DNA of 62,632 bases, counting the filler. It is 5 parts of 5 records of this genome, joined end to end, with 100 filler letters (N's around TTAATTAATTAA, not from the genome) between each part and the next. Parts side by side here need not be neighbours in the genome. Positions count along the whole stretch, not along the records: positions 19,088 to 26,747 come from DRR378314_79; positions 26,848 to 37,460 come from DRR378314_83; 3 more parts are not named here. One strand, 5' to 3'. The notes beneath the pieces are model-generated. The model was not told the origin of the DNA. It was given only the letters and a program-made list of their open reading frames with translations, and ran no database searches. A program made the translations under genes and the position numbers. Below, one piece after another: positions 19,088 to 29,727 of the stretch; within the stretch, counting starts at the first letter, position 1; every line of letters begins with the position of its first letter.

Positions 19088-19993
19088 ACCAACAACCATT
19101 AACTTTTCTGCAGCTTCAATTACTTTTTGAGTGACTTGGGTTTTAGAACGAATTCCCAACACATGAACATCTTTAATACGTTCTATTAATTCTTCTTCAG
19201 ATAAACTTTTAGAAACCGTTTCTACCGTAAACCCATCTTTTGACAACTTATCAAATGCATCTGGATGCACATTTTCTAATAGCAATATTTTAATTCTATT
19301 CTTAGGATATGAAATGTTTCTTGGTAACTTATTTACAAACAAAAACTCATCTAAATTTGGTGCAATATGATCTGCGTTTTTAGTAGTTTTATCTCGAGAA
19401 ACGTTTTCTGTATACGCAAAGAATTTATGCGCAACTCCAGCTTCTTTTGTAACTGCATCACTATATCCATCTCCAATTACCTGAATTTCTCCTTCTAAAT
19501 TCAATTCTCTTAAACATTGAATTTTCCCATTGTGAACTGACAAAGGATTCTCTCTATCAAAACCAACAATTACATCCTCATTATTAAACTCAAAGGTATT
19601 AGCATAAACTCTATTAGCCGGAATATTATAAGCCGCAACAATTGGCTCAATAAATTCTTTAAAACCAGCAGAAATCACATAAATATCATTCGAAAATTGC
19701 TCAAAAAACGCTTTATTTTTTTCTATAGAAACCGAGACTTGTTTTTTAAGTGCATCAATCAACCCAACTAAGTCAGATTTTTTTGCTTGCAGTAATTCAA
19801 TTCTCTTTTCTAAAGATTCTGTAAAAGAAATATCTCCATCAATACCCAAATTGGTAATATTGATTATCTCTTGTATTATCTCTTCTTTTTTAGGATTGTT
19901 TGCTAAGGTAATTTCAGCTAAAACATCTAATGCTTCTACTTTGGTTAAGGTACTATCGAAATCAAAAATATAATTTCTTTTTAGCGTGCTCAT
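19088..19993 (-). CDS. serA: Fused HAD phosphoserine phosphatase-like domain + D-3-phosphoglycerate dehydrogenase (truncated by contig end)
   Basis: N-terminal FDFDSTL, ISAGF, GK, IGDGYSD (HAD motifs I-IV), then KIKILLLENVHP...LGIRSKTQVT (SerA start). Confidence 0.9.
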
Positions 19994-20099
19994 TTTTGTG
20001 TTGTGTTGTTGTTCTTAAGCAAGTAAATTTACAAAGTAATATGACAGCACAATGTATTTTTTAAAAGATTTACGAAATCATTTTCTTTGATTAAATTTG

Positions 20100-20918
20100 C
20101 TAAAGAATTACTAGAAAAATAAGCCACCAAACTATAGGAATTGCTTCTACAAAAAAAGAACTATAATACTTTGACTGATGATCTTTAGAACGCATTAACA
20201 ATATGAGTATAAAAAAGAAAAGCACTAAAAAAACACTTCTAAATATTGGTAATGGTGCAATTAAAAATTCTAAAACCATCACAATCAACATTAATACATA
20301 ACCAACTTTTTTGGTGTTTTCAATACCAATTTTTCTAGGTAATGTTTGTAAAGAAATAGCATCGAATTGAAGATCTCTAATATCAAAAGGTAAAATAAGA
20401 ACGCAGACTAACAAAAATCGCTGTAAAAATTGCAATAAAACTGTCGATGTAAAAACGTCTTTACCTACATCAATCAAGGGTACCAAAACAGTAACACCTG
20501 CCCAAACTATTGCAACAACAATAACTTTTAAATAACTAATACTACGCAAACTCTTTTGAAAACCACTTAAAAAAGGGACCGCATACAATACTGTTAACAA
20601 ACCAAATCCTCCATAAAAAAACAATGTTTTTAATGACAATTGAAATCCATAAAAACATAACATTACAAAACATAAAAAAGAGAATATTTGGATGATTTTT
20701 AAATTCTGAGTGAGGCTTCTGTGGTGAAACTTTGCAATTCCGAAATATTTTACAAAATTATAACCCGTTATGGTCGCATAAAAAACAAAATAATTTAAGT
20801 TTTCGTTATAAGGTAAATCAAAATAAACCTCAGTAATTCTCATAAAAGCATACACTGCAAAAGCAACGTGAATACTTGCATTTAGATAAAAATCAAAAAG
20901 TTTTTGGAGGCTATGCAT
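20100..20918 (-). CDS. Polytopic membrane protein, UbiA prenyltransferase-like
   Basis: Start reassigned to ATG 20918, just after a TATTTTTG Bacteroidetes -7 box; multiple TMs; LPFDIRDLQFD...TLP motif. Confidence 0.65.
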   Translation of the reverse strand: MHSLQKLFDFYLNASIHVAFAVYAFMRITEVYFDLPYNENLNYFVFYATITGYNFVKYFGIAKFHHRSLTQNLKIIQIFSFLCFVMLCFYGFQLSLKTLFFYGGFGLLTVLYAVPFLSGFQKSLRSISYLKVIVVAIVWAGVTVLVPLIDVGKDVFTSTVLLQFLQRFLLVCVLILPFDIRDLQFDAISLQTLPRKIGIENTKKVGYVLMLIVMVLEFLIAPLPIFRSVFLVLFFFILILLMRSKDHQSKYYSSFFVEAIPIVWWLIFLVIL

Positions 20919-21015
20919 TACACAAAAATAACCATTCTGTTTATAACTCAGAAGTTTGGTTAATAAAATGTCTTTTTTTATCAAAATCATATCAAAAAAT
21001 GTCTCGAATTTTGAT

Positions 21016-21023
21016 TACTTTTG
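21016..21023 (+). promoter_or_regulatory. Bacteroidetes housekeeping -7 box for gcvP
   Basis: TACTTTTG matches TAnnTTTG; a similar TACATTTG precedes marC at 24303-24310. Confidence 0.5.
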
Positions 21024-21136
21024 ATACGCGAAAATCTAGATTAGCTATTTGATTTTCAATGGAGAGAAAAAACATATATTCGAAAAGCAATTTTAAATTG
21101 AAACTGCTTTTTTAAATAACAAACAACAACACAGCA

Positions 21137-23980
21137 ATGAACACAAATTCATTTCAAAGAAGACACATTGGTCCTAATGCCAACGAGCAAGAAAAAATGT
21201 TAACTACTATTAAAGCAGAGAACATAGATCAATTAATTTTCGAAACCATTCCAGATGATATTCGTTTAAAAAATGGTTTAGACTTAGCTCCTGCAATGAG
21301 TGAATATGAATATTTAAATCATATCAACGAAGTAGGCGCAAAAAATAGCGTTTTTAAAAGTTATATTGGTTTAGGTTATCATGAAGCCATTGTACCTAGT
21401 GTTATTTTACGTAACATTTTAGAAAACCCAGGTTGGTATACAGCTTACACTCCTTATCAAGCAGAAATTGCACAAGGACGTTTAGAAGCCTTATTAAATT
21501 ACCAAACGATGGTTTGTGATTTAACTGGAATGGAATTAGCAAACGCTTCTTTATTAGACGAAGGTACAGCTGCTGCTGAAGCAATGGCTTTGCTATTTAG
21601 TGTTAGAGAAAGAGCTCAGAAAAAAGCTGGTGTCAATAAGTTTTTTGTTTCTGAAGAAATCCTTCCACAAACATTGTCTGTTTTACAAACGCGTTCTATT
21701 CCTATCGGGATTGAATTGGTAATTGGAAATCATGAAGAGTTTGATTTTTCTGATGAGTTCTTTGGAGCTATTTTACAATACCCAGGAAAACACGGACAAG
21801 TTCATGATTATACAGACTTTGTTGCTAAAGCAAACGAACACAATATAAAAGTAGCTGTTGCTGCAGATATTTTATCATTAGTAAAATTAAAAGCACCTGC
21901 AGAGTTTGGTGTTGATGTTGTTGTAGGAACTACACAACGTTTTGGTATTCCTTTAGGTTACGGTGGTCCTCATGCAGGATATTTCGCAACCAAAGAAGCG
22001 TATAAAAGAAGCATGCCAGGTAGAATTATTGGAGTTACTAAAGATGTAGATGGCGGTAGAGCTTTACGTATGGCTTTACAAACACGTGAGCAACATATTA
22101 AAAGAGAAAAAGCAACGTCTAATATTTGTACAGCACAAGTATTACTAGCTGTAATGGCTGGTATGTATGCTGTATATCATGGTAAAGACGGAATCCAATT
22201 TATTGCAGATAGTGTTCACAATAAAACTGCAACTGTTGCCAATGCTTTGTCTAAATTAGGTATCGAACAAACAAATACTTCTTATTTTGATACGCTTACT
22301 GTAAAAGCAGATGCGAAGAAAATAAAAGCCACTGCAGAAGCACACAAAATAAACTTTAATTATATTGACAACAATACACTTTCTATCTCTATTAACGAGA
22401 CGGTAAATCTTAAAGAAATCAATGCAATTATTGCCGTATTTACTGAAGCTTTAAATTTACAAGCATTGGTTGTAGATGCTATTGAAACAGGAAATTCAAT
22501 TACAGAAAACACACAAAGAAATACGTCATTCTTAGACAACGAAGTATTTAACACGTATCAGTCAGAAACTGACATGATGCGTTATATTAAAAAATTAGAA
22601 CGTAAAGATTTAGCCTTAAATCATTCTATGATCTCTTTAGGATCTTGTACAATGAAATTAAATGCTGCTTCTGAGATGTTGCCATTGAGCAATCCAAACT
22701 GGGGGAATATCCACCCATTTGTACCGATTGAACAAGCAGCTGGTTACCAAGAAGTATTAACAAATCTTGAAAATCAACTGAATGTAATTACTGGTTTTGC
22801 AGGTACTTCTTTACAACCAAACTCTGGTGCACAAGGAGAATTTGCAGGATTGATGACCATAAGAGCTTATCACGAATCTAACGGAGATACGCACAGAAAC
22901 ATTTGTTTAATTCCTGCTTCTGCACACGGTACAAACCCTGCTTCTGCAGTAATGGCCGGAATGAAAGTGGTGGTTACTAAAACAGATGAAAGAGGAAATA
23001 TTGATGTTGCTGACTTACGTGAAAAAGCAGAATTACATAAAGAAAACCTTTCTGCATTAATGGTAACCTATCCTTCTACACACGGAGTGTATGAAAAAGC
23101 CATTATGGAAATTACACAGATTATTCATGATAATGGCGGTCAAGTATATATGGACGGTGCCAATATGAATGCTCAGGTTGGATTGACAAACCCTGCAACC
23201 ATTGGTGCAGATGTATGTCACTTAAATTTACATAAAACATTTGCCATTCCGCATGGAGGTGGTGGACCAGGAGTTGGACCCATTTGTGTAGCTCCACAAC
23301 TAGTACCATTTTTACCTACAAACCCGGTAATTGCTACTGGAGGAGACAATGCTATTACGGCTATTTCTGCAGCACCTTGGGGTTCTGCATTGGCATGTTT
23401 AATCTCTTACGGATACATTACCATGTTAGGTGCAGACGGATTGACAAACTCTACAAGAAATGCTATCTTAAACGCTAACTACATTAAGGAGCGTTTAAAT
23501 GGACATTATGAAACCTTGTATACTGGAGAAATGAACCGTGCAGCTCACGAAATGATTTTAGACTGTAGAGATTTTAAACAACACGGCATTGAAGTGGTTG
23601 ATATTGCAAAGCGTTTAATGGATTATGGATTCCATGCACCAACAGTATCTTTCCCTGTAGCGGGTACAATTATGGTAGAGCCAACAGAATCTGAAAGTAT
23701 TGCTGAATTAGACCGTTTTTGTGACGCCTTAATTGCCATTAGAAAAGAAATTTCTGAAGCAACCAAAGAAGATGCAAACAACCCGTTAAAGAACGCACCG
23801 CATACACAAGAAATGTTAACTTCTGATGAGTGGACCTTACCTTACACACGTAAGCAAGCTGCATTTCCTTTAGCATATATTGCAGATAATAAATTTTGGC
23901 CTTCTGTACGTAGAGTTGATGATGCTTTTGGAGATAGAAACTTAATTTGTTCTTGTAACCCAATTGAAGACTACATGTAG
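21137..23980 (+). CDS. gcvP: Glycine dehydrogenase (glycine cleavage P protein)
   Basis: WYTAYTPYQAEIAQGRLE, TREQHIKREKATSNICTAQ, HLNLHKTF PLP lysine, GDRNLICSC. Confidence 0.98.
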   Translation: MNTNSFQRRHIGPNANEQEKMLTTIKAENIDQLIFETIPDDIRLKNGLDLAPAMSEYEYLNHINEVGAKNSVFKSYIGLGYHEAIVPSVILRNILENPGWYTAYTPYQAEIAQGRLEALLNYQTMVCDLTGMELANASLLDEGTAAAEAMALLFSVRERAQKKAGVNKFFVSEEILPQTLSVLQTRSIPIGIELVIGNHEEFDFSDEFFGAILQYPGKHGQVHDYTDFVAKANEHNIKVAVAADILSLVKLKAPAEFGVDVVVGTTQRFGIPLGYGGPHAGYFATKEAYKRSMPGRIIGVTKDVDGGRALRMALQTREQHIKREKATSNICTAQVLLAVMAGMYAVYHGKDGIQFIADSVHNKTATVANALSKLGIEQTNTSYFDTLTVKADAKKIKATAEAHKINFNYIDNNTLSISINETVNLKEINAIIAVFTEALNLQALVVDAIETGNSITENTQRNTSFLDNEVFNTYQSETDMMRYIKKLERKDLALNHSMISLGSCTMKLNAASEMLPLSNPNWGNIHPFVPIEQAAGYQEVLTNLENQLNVITGFAGTSLQPNSGAQGEFAGLMTIRAYHESNGDTHRNICLIPASAHGTNPASAVMAGMKVVVTKTDERGNIDVADLREKAELHKENLSALMVTYPSTHGVYEKAIMEITQIIHDNGGQVYMDGANMNAQVGLTNPATIGADVCHLNLHKTFAIPHGGGGPGVGPICVAPQLVPFLPTNPVIATGGDNAITAISAAPWGSALACLISYGYITMLGADGLTNSTRNAILNANYIKERLNGHYETLYTGEMNRAAHEMILDCRDFKQHGIEVVDIAKRLMDYGFHAPTVSFPVAGTIMVEPTESESIAELDRFCDALIAIRKEISEATKEDANNPLKNAPHTQEMLTSDEWTLPYTRKQAAFPLAYIADNKFWPSVRRVDDAFGDRNLICSCNPIEDYM

Positions 23981-24008
23981 CAAACAATGTTTGCATATAG
24001 ATATTTTG

Positions 24009-24039
24009 AAACCGCTTCTTTATTGAAGCGGTTTTTTTT
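24009..24039 (+). terminator. Intrinsic terminator after gcvP
   Basis: AAACCGCTTC-TTTATT-GAAGCGGTTT followed by T-run. Confidence 0.85.
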
Positions 24040-24329
24040 GTTTTATAAAACAGGTATTTATACCTATTGAGTTTGTATTGATTTTACTTGACTTAAAAAT
24101 TATTTTCTACTACCTTTCGCTAACGCTTGATATAACTCATTAAAACAGATTCATATCATTAAAGTTAGCGAAGAAGCAGAAAATCTTTCTAAATCAGTAT
24201 TTGCAACACAATAAATTTAGTCTAATTTTCTATGCACTTATCTTATTACCATAAAAAAATCTAAAGTTTAGATTGTTTATAGTTAATCTACTAACACTCA
24301 CATACATTTGGCACTTAAATAATAGTCAA

Positions 24330-24971
24330 ATGAATGAACTACTCACTTTCGGCATCTTAACTTTTACCTCTTTCTTTACGTTAATAAATCCGTTGGGCAC
24401 CATGCCTATTTTTATGACCATGACATCGCAGTTAGATGTTTCACATAGAAACAAAACCGCCAAGAAAGCGTCTATTGTTTCTTTTATAACCATTATTATT
24501 TTTGCCTTTTCTGGGCAGTTGTTGTTCAACTTTTTTGGTATTTCTGTCAATAGTTTTAGAATTGTAGGTGGTGTTATTTTCTTTTTAATGGGTATGGACA
24601 TGTTGCAAGCCAGATTGGGTAAGGTAAAAGTAAATCCATCAGAAGTAAAAACTTATGTAAACGATATTTCTGTAACGCCGTTGGCAATACCTATGATTTG
24701 TGGTCCGGGAGCTTTAACAAACGCCATTGTAATGATGGAAGATGCCACTACAACAGCTATGAAACTCGTTTTAATTATTGCTGTTATCGCTGTTATGATT
24801 GTAACCTATATTATTCTTTATAGTTCTTCTAAAATAATGAAGATATTGGGAGAAACCGGCATGAATGTTTTGATGCGTTTAATGGGATTGATTGTAATGG
24901 TTATTGCGGTAGAATTTTTCTTTAGCGGCTTAAGACCTATATTAATTGATATTTTAAGTTCGGTAAAATAA
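24330..24971 (+). CDS. MarC family membrane protein
   Basis: INPLGTMPIF, SFRIVGG, PLAIPMICGPGA, RLMGLIV. Confidence 0.9.
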   Translation: MNELLTFGILTFTSFFTLINPLGTMPIFMTMTSQLDVSHRNKTAKKASIVSFITIIIFAFSGQLLFNFFGISVNSFRIVGGVIFFLMGMDMLQARLGKVKVNPSEVKTYVNDISVTPLAIPMICGPGALTNAIVMMEDATTTAMKLVLIIAVIAVMIVTYIILYSSSKIMKILGETGMNVLMRLMGLIVMVIAVEFFFSGLRPILIDILSSVK

Positions 24972-25049
24972 TGCAACAAAAACCCATTGTTATTCTTTAT
25001 AAAAAATGGGAATTAATGTATCTTTCGAATCTATTTAAAGGCAAAAATT

Positions 25050-26747
25050 ATGGGAGCAACTACAATGCTAAATTATATAAAAAGTGTATTAGAAAACATG
25101 CCAAAAGATTGGCTAAACTTAACCACGCACCGATTAGATATTTATGATGAAAGCTTGGCTAAAACGCAGTTTACAGAGCAATTTGAAACGCTATTTGCCA
25201 ACAATAATTCTAATGCAGCTGCATTGTATAATTTACCAACTGCCTTTGATTATATTAGATTAGGACATCCGTTATCTTGTGTATTGGAATGGGCTGTTTC
25301 TAAATTACACAACACAACTAATGAGCATGTAATTAGTTTTTCTTCAAACACAACTCCTATTTTAGCTGTACTAAGAAAGAATTTATTAGATAATAAAAAT
25401 ACGCGAATCATTTATAAAGGTAATTTACCAACTTCTTTTAATGCAGACATTATTAGAGATGTGTATGGATATCAATTCGAAATGCAACAAGTAGAAGAAA
25501 GTCTTTCTGAAATTTCTGAATTTGATGGCAGTACTATTTTTGTTTCTCAACCAGAAGACATTTGCCATTTTGAAACCAAACCTGTAATTGATTTTCAAAT
25601 CAATATTGATGCGCAATTAGGAAGTATTATTCTTGTAAATGGCACAGAAAATGCGACTTACATTTCAGAAATACAACATGTAAGAAGAAGAGAAACCATT
25701 GCTATGACACCTGCAAATGCTTTTAAAGCCTTAAAAAGTTTGGTTGGCGAAGCTGTCACTAGTTCTACATCTAATATAGCTGCTAATAAAAAAGAAGTAA
25801 AAGAAACCATCAAAAAAATTACAGTGTCTCCAACAAATGCGTTGGTTGCCTCAAGTGGCTTGTCTATTCAGTATGCTATTTTAATGGGATTGATTCATGA
25901 TGCTAAAGAAAATCATGCTGGAAAAAACATAAAAATTGTGGTACCTCCAAATTGTTATGGTGGAACCAATGACCAAGCAAGACGTGTGGCTGCTTGTTTA
26001 GATAATGTTGCTATTGTTGATTTACCTGTTGATGGTGATAACGACATGGTACAAAGTATAGAGCAAGTTTTAACCAGTATTGCTGCAGAAGATGCTGTTC
26101 CATATATCATTGCAGAGATTCCGACCAACCCAAGAGTAGAAGTTCCAAATTTAGAAGCTTTACGAGATGCCTTACATAAAGAAAGAAAAACAGCATCTGG
26201 TAACATTGCTGTTGATCCTGTTTTTATTTTAGATCAAACATTTTGCCCAAATGTGCACTTTTTAGGAGCTAATGAAATACTATCTTCTGTAAGAACCATT
26301 TCATTTGCTAGTGGCTCTAAATTTCCAAGCGGAGGAAAATGTACAGCTGGTTACTGTGTTGGAAATGAAAAAACACATGGACTAATAGAAAAAATTGAAT
26401 TTCATTTAAATCTTTGCGACAATGAAGCAACTGATTTACAATATGAAATATTGGCAGCACAAATGCCTTCTATGCTAAAGCGAATAAAAGATGCATATGT
26501 AAACACACGTGAATTTGTAAATTACATAACAGAAACATTACCCGCAGCAAAAATTAATTTTGTCTCAGAAGAACTAGCAGCACAAGGATTTACACCATCT
26601 GTATTTTCGTTAGACCTTCCTACTAAAGGAAATACCGACGAAGAAAGAGAGACTTATAAAAGAGCGTTGAATTTAAAGCTGATCAATTTAATGATTACTG
26701 AAATTCCGGATGAAAGTAAATACTGTGTAAGTTACGGACAATTAAAA
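25050..26747 (+). CDS. Long PLP-dependent Cys/Met-metabolism enzyme (cystathionine gamma-synthase/lyase-like; truncated by contig end)
   Basis: YIRLGHP, SSGLS, CYGGT, EIPTNP, LDQTF and SGSKFPSGG (PLP Lys) motifs of the trans-sulfuration fold. Confidence 0.75.
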
Positions 26748-26847
26748 NNNNNNNNNNNNNNNNNNNNNNNNNNNNNNNNNNNNNNNNNNNNTTAATTAAT
26801 TAANNNNNNNNNNNNNNNNNNNNNNNNNNNNNNNNNNNNNNNNNNNN
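26748..26847. other. Artificial contig spacer
   Basis: 44 N + TTAATTAATTAA + 44 N. Confidence 0.98.
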
Positions 26848-26985
26848 CATCTCTTAACCAGAGTTCAGGTTATTTAGTAAAACAATACGTAATATGGAAT
26901 AAATGGTTCAAATTAATAGCTAATTCTCACAGACGAGATGTTTGTAAAATTAGATATGTTATTTGTTTTGTAAACAGAGCAATCC

Positions 26986-27636
26986 TTATTGATCAAATAA
27001 TGCATCCAACGTGAAATACTCAACACCATGACCCGATTGCATACTGATCTGAGATAGCTTGATTGCAACTTGTTGCCCTGTAATAGGCCTGTATTTCTTT
27101 AGTCCCGGGATCACACACAGCAGAGGTAACAAAACACTACCAAGCTTTTCTGCAAAGCGAAAATCATTAGTGCGCTTACCCAGCAATAACGAAGGTTGGA
27201 TAATACTAATACGTTTAAATGAAAGGGCTTTTACAGCATCTTCAAGTTCACCTTTCATCTTTAAATAAGCGCTATTACTGCTTGCATTTGCACCACTTGA
27301 GGACACCAGTAAATAGTGTTCTACCTCCATTTGTGCAGCAAGCTGAGCGACATGAAGTTGATAATCAAAATCAACTTTTCGCTGCGCATCAACTGAGCCC
27401 GCCGTTTTTTTAGTTGTGCCCAAGCAAGAAAATAATATATCAGCTTTAAATAGAGTGGAGTATTGAGATAGGTTTTCAAAGTCAATAACATGATTAATCA
27501 CTTTATCGCTGTGATAGTTAACAGGTCGGCGCGTTAAAGTAACGACCTTAGTGATATGAGTTGCTTTAGTTAATTGCTTAACTAAATGGCTACCCACTAA
27601 ACCTGTTGCGCCAATGACTAATGCTACTTTTCCCAT
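26986..27636 (-). CDS. NAD(P)-binding oxidoreductase, YraR/TIP30-like
   Basis: Start ATG 27636 (SD AAGGAG); GATGLVG, CLGTT, VSSSGA, YLKMKGELE, QPSLLLG. Confidence 0.88.
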   Translation of the reverse strand: MGKVALVIGATGLVGSHLVKQLTKATHITKVVTLTRRPVNYHSDKVINHVIDFENLSQYSTLFKADILFSCLGTTKKTAGSVDAQRKVDFDYQLHVAQLAAQMEVEHYLLVSSSGANASSNSAYLKMKGELEDAVKALSFKRISIIQPSLLLGKRTNDFRFAEKLGSVLLPLLCVIPGLKKYRPITGQQVAIKLSQISMQSGHGVEYFTLDALFDQ

Positions 27637-27831
27637 ATCATTCACTCCTTTTTTATCAAATGATTCGGCGAGCATTGTCATAGATATTTGAACGTAAGAC
27701 AAACTATTCAATGGTTAAAGTAAACCTCAGGCTAGAAACCCAAACATTATTCATGGCATGATAAGACATAGCCCCTTGAGAGCATGAAGGGATAATCCAA
27801 TAAAAAGAATAATTTCTAATAAGGCACTTTT

Positions 27832-28548
27832 ATGAGTTTGATGACATTAACCACTCAAGGTAGCGTTGCGGTTATTACATTGACAGATGGTGAAAACCGT
27901 CAAAACCCACAGTTTGCTAAACAATTAAAACACACCCTTGCAGAGGTTGTTGCAAACGATGATCATAAAGCATTAGTCATTACGTCAAGTGATGAAAAAA
28001 GCTGGAGCTTGGGTATTGATACTGATTGGTTGATGCCCGCGATGAAAGCCAACAAGGCCGATGAAATACGTGGCTTTATGTATGACATGGACGATATTTT
28101 TAAAACGTTACTACTTTTTCCAATGCCTGTGATTGCGGCGATTAATGGTCATGCGTTTGGCAATGGAGCTATATTAGCCTGTGCGTGCGACTTTAGATTT
28201 ATGCGAAGCGATCGTGGGTTCTTTTGCTTCCCTGAAGTTGATTTATCTATTCCATTCTTACCGGGAATGATAGCTTTTGTGAAAAAAGCGCTACCTTACT
28301 ACCGTTTTAATGAGATGAAGTTAACAGGTCGTCGTGTTGCGGGTGAAGAGCTGGCAAGAGACCACGTTGTTGAAAAGGCAGCAAAAGACAACGATACCTT
28401 GCTTGCTGATGTAATGGAATTTGCTACAACATTTGATAAAAAGCGAGCTATTTTTGCAGAGCATAAAAAACGCCTGCATAAAGAAATAATTCAGATTATT
28501 GATGAAGAAAATAAACCGTATATTGATAACCTTTCATTGATGGTTTAG
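27832..28548 (+). CDS. Enoyl-CoA hydratase/isomerase family protein
   Basis: PVIAAINGHAFGNG, ACACDFRFM, FPEVDL. Confidence 0.9.
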   Translation: MSLMTLTTQGSVAVITLTDGENRQNPQFAKQLKHTLAEVVANDDHKALVITSSDEKSWSLGIDTDWLMPAMKANKADEIRGFMYDMDDIFKTLLLFPMPVIAAINGHAFGNGAILACACDFRFMRSDRGFFCFPEVDLSIPFLPGMIAFVKKALPYYRFNEMKLTGRRVAGEELARDHVVEKAAKDNDTLLADVMEFATTFDKKRAIFAEHKKRLHKEIIQIIDEENKPYIDNLSLMV

Positions 28549-28589
28549 TTGTACAACAGGAAATCGCTAGTTAAAGGATATAGGCGTTT

Positions 28590-29621
28590 ATGAAAGTAAA
28601 AGAAATGGAAGAGTTAGCATTAACACGAGCAGAAACCAAGGAAGTTATAACGCCTTATGCATTTAAAATTGATCAAGCATTATTAGGTTTGCCATTGGCT
28701 TCACCCACCAGACGGGCGTTAGCGATGCTAATAGATGTAATGTTAATTTTTCTTGCGGCAAAACTCAGTGCTGCTTTAATTGCATTTGTAGCTACAGTGG
28801 CTTTTTATAAAGGCACTGCGCAAAAACACTTACCTAAAATGAACTCGCTTTGGCGGCGAATATTAAAACTAACGGCTGCTACTTTACTGTTCTTCAGCTC
28901 GCTGTATTTATTGTCAGTAGCAATTGATTACTTTGATGGTGACACAGTTGGCGAAACTGCGACTATTCAACAAGATATAATATTAGATCCAGAAGAAATA
29001 CAGGTTGTTAATACGTATTTAAAACAGACCCAAGATGCACAGCTGTGTGATCAAACGTGTCAGGCAACTGAGCTGGCTAGTTTAGTATCTCAAGTAGCAA
29101 AGCTAACTGAACTAAATGAGCTCAGCGAAGTTAACGAAATTGAACATATTAATATGGCGAAAGGGCTGTTGGATTTGATCATCGAGGCAAGCGAGCAATC
29201 ACATGATGAACAGTTATTAGAGGAAATTGACTCTATAGAGCCACAGGCAAACTCAACAACATCCCATAGTATTTTAAAGTGGGGTATAGGGATTATAGAG
29301 GATTTAGGTCTAGGCTTTGGCTGGGCAGCTATTTATTTCACTTTGTTTGCTCTTTTATGGAAAGGGCAAACGCCGGGTAAAAAAATATGTAATATTCGTG
29401 TTGTGGCATTGAATGGGGAGCAGTTAGGTTTACTAGATTGCTTTGGTCGTTACGGTGGTTATGGCGCAGGCTTTGCAACCGGTTTATTGGGGTTCTTACA
29501 AGTATATTGGGACCCAAATCGTCAAGCCATCCAAGATAAAATATCAGCGACAGTTGTTATAAAAGGGAATTTGAATCAACCCGTAAATATACAAACAATA
29601 GAAGAAGCGGTCAGTGAATAA
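28590..29621 (+). CDS. RDD family membrane protein
   Basis: LASPTRRALAMLID, GQTPGKK, RQAIQDKISATVVI. Confidence 0.85.
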   Translation: MKVKEMEELALTRAETKEVITPYAFKIDQALLGLPLASPTRRALAMLIDVMLIFLAAKLSAALIAFVATVAFYKGTAQKHLPKMNSLWRRILKLTAATLLFFSSLYLLSVAIDYFDGDTVGETATIQQDIILDPEEIQVVNTYLKQTQDAQLCDQTCQATELASLVSQVAKLTELNELSEVNEIEHINMAKGLLDLIIEASEQSHDEQLLEEIDSIEPQANSTTSHSILKWGIGIIEDLGLGFGWAAIYFTLFALLWKGQTPGKKICNIRVVALNGEQLGLLDCFGRYGGYGAGFATGLLGFLQVYWDPNRQAIQDKISATVVIKGNLNQPVNIQTIEEAVSE

Positions 29622-29677
29622 TTTCAAAAACGCGTAAATTTAATAGCACCGCTGCGATGTGGTTTTTGCACTAAAGC

Positions 29678-29707
29678 ACAACCTACAGGTCATAAACTGT
29701 AGGTTGT
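29678..29707. terminator. Hairpin between convergent RDD gene and lnt
   Basis: ACAACCTACAG-8 nt-CTGTAGGTTGT, 11-bp perfect stem. Confidence 0.6.
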
Positions 29708-29727
29708 CATTTATGGCAAACATTTAC

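Noticed and set aside
19088-26747. AT-rich block as a horizontally acquired island
   Set aside because: Bounded by artificial spacers and made of housekeeping genes with Bacteroidetes signals; it is a contig from another organism
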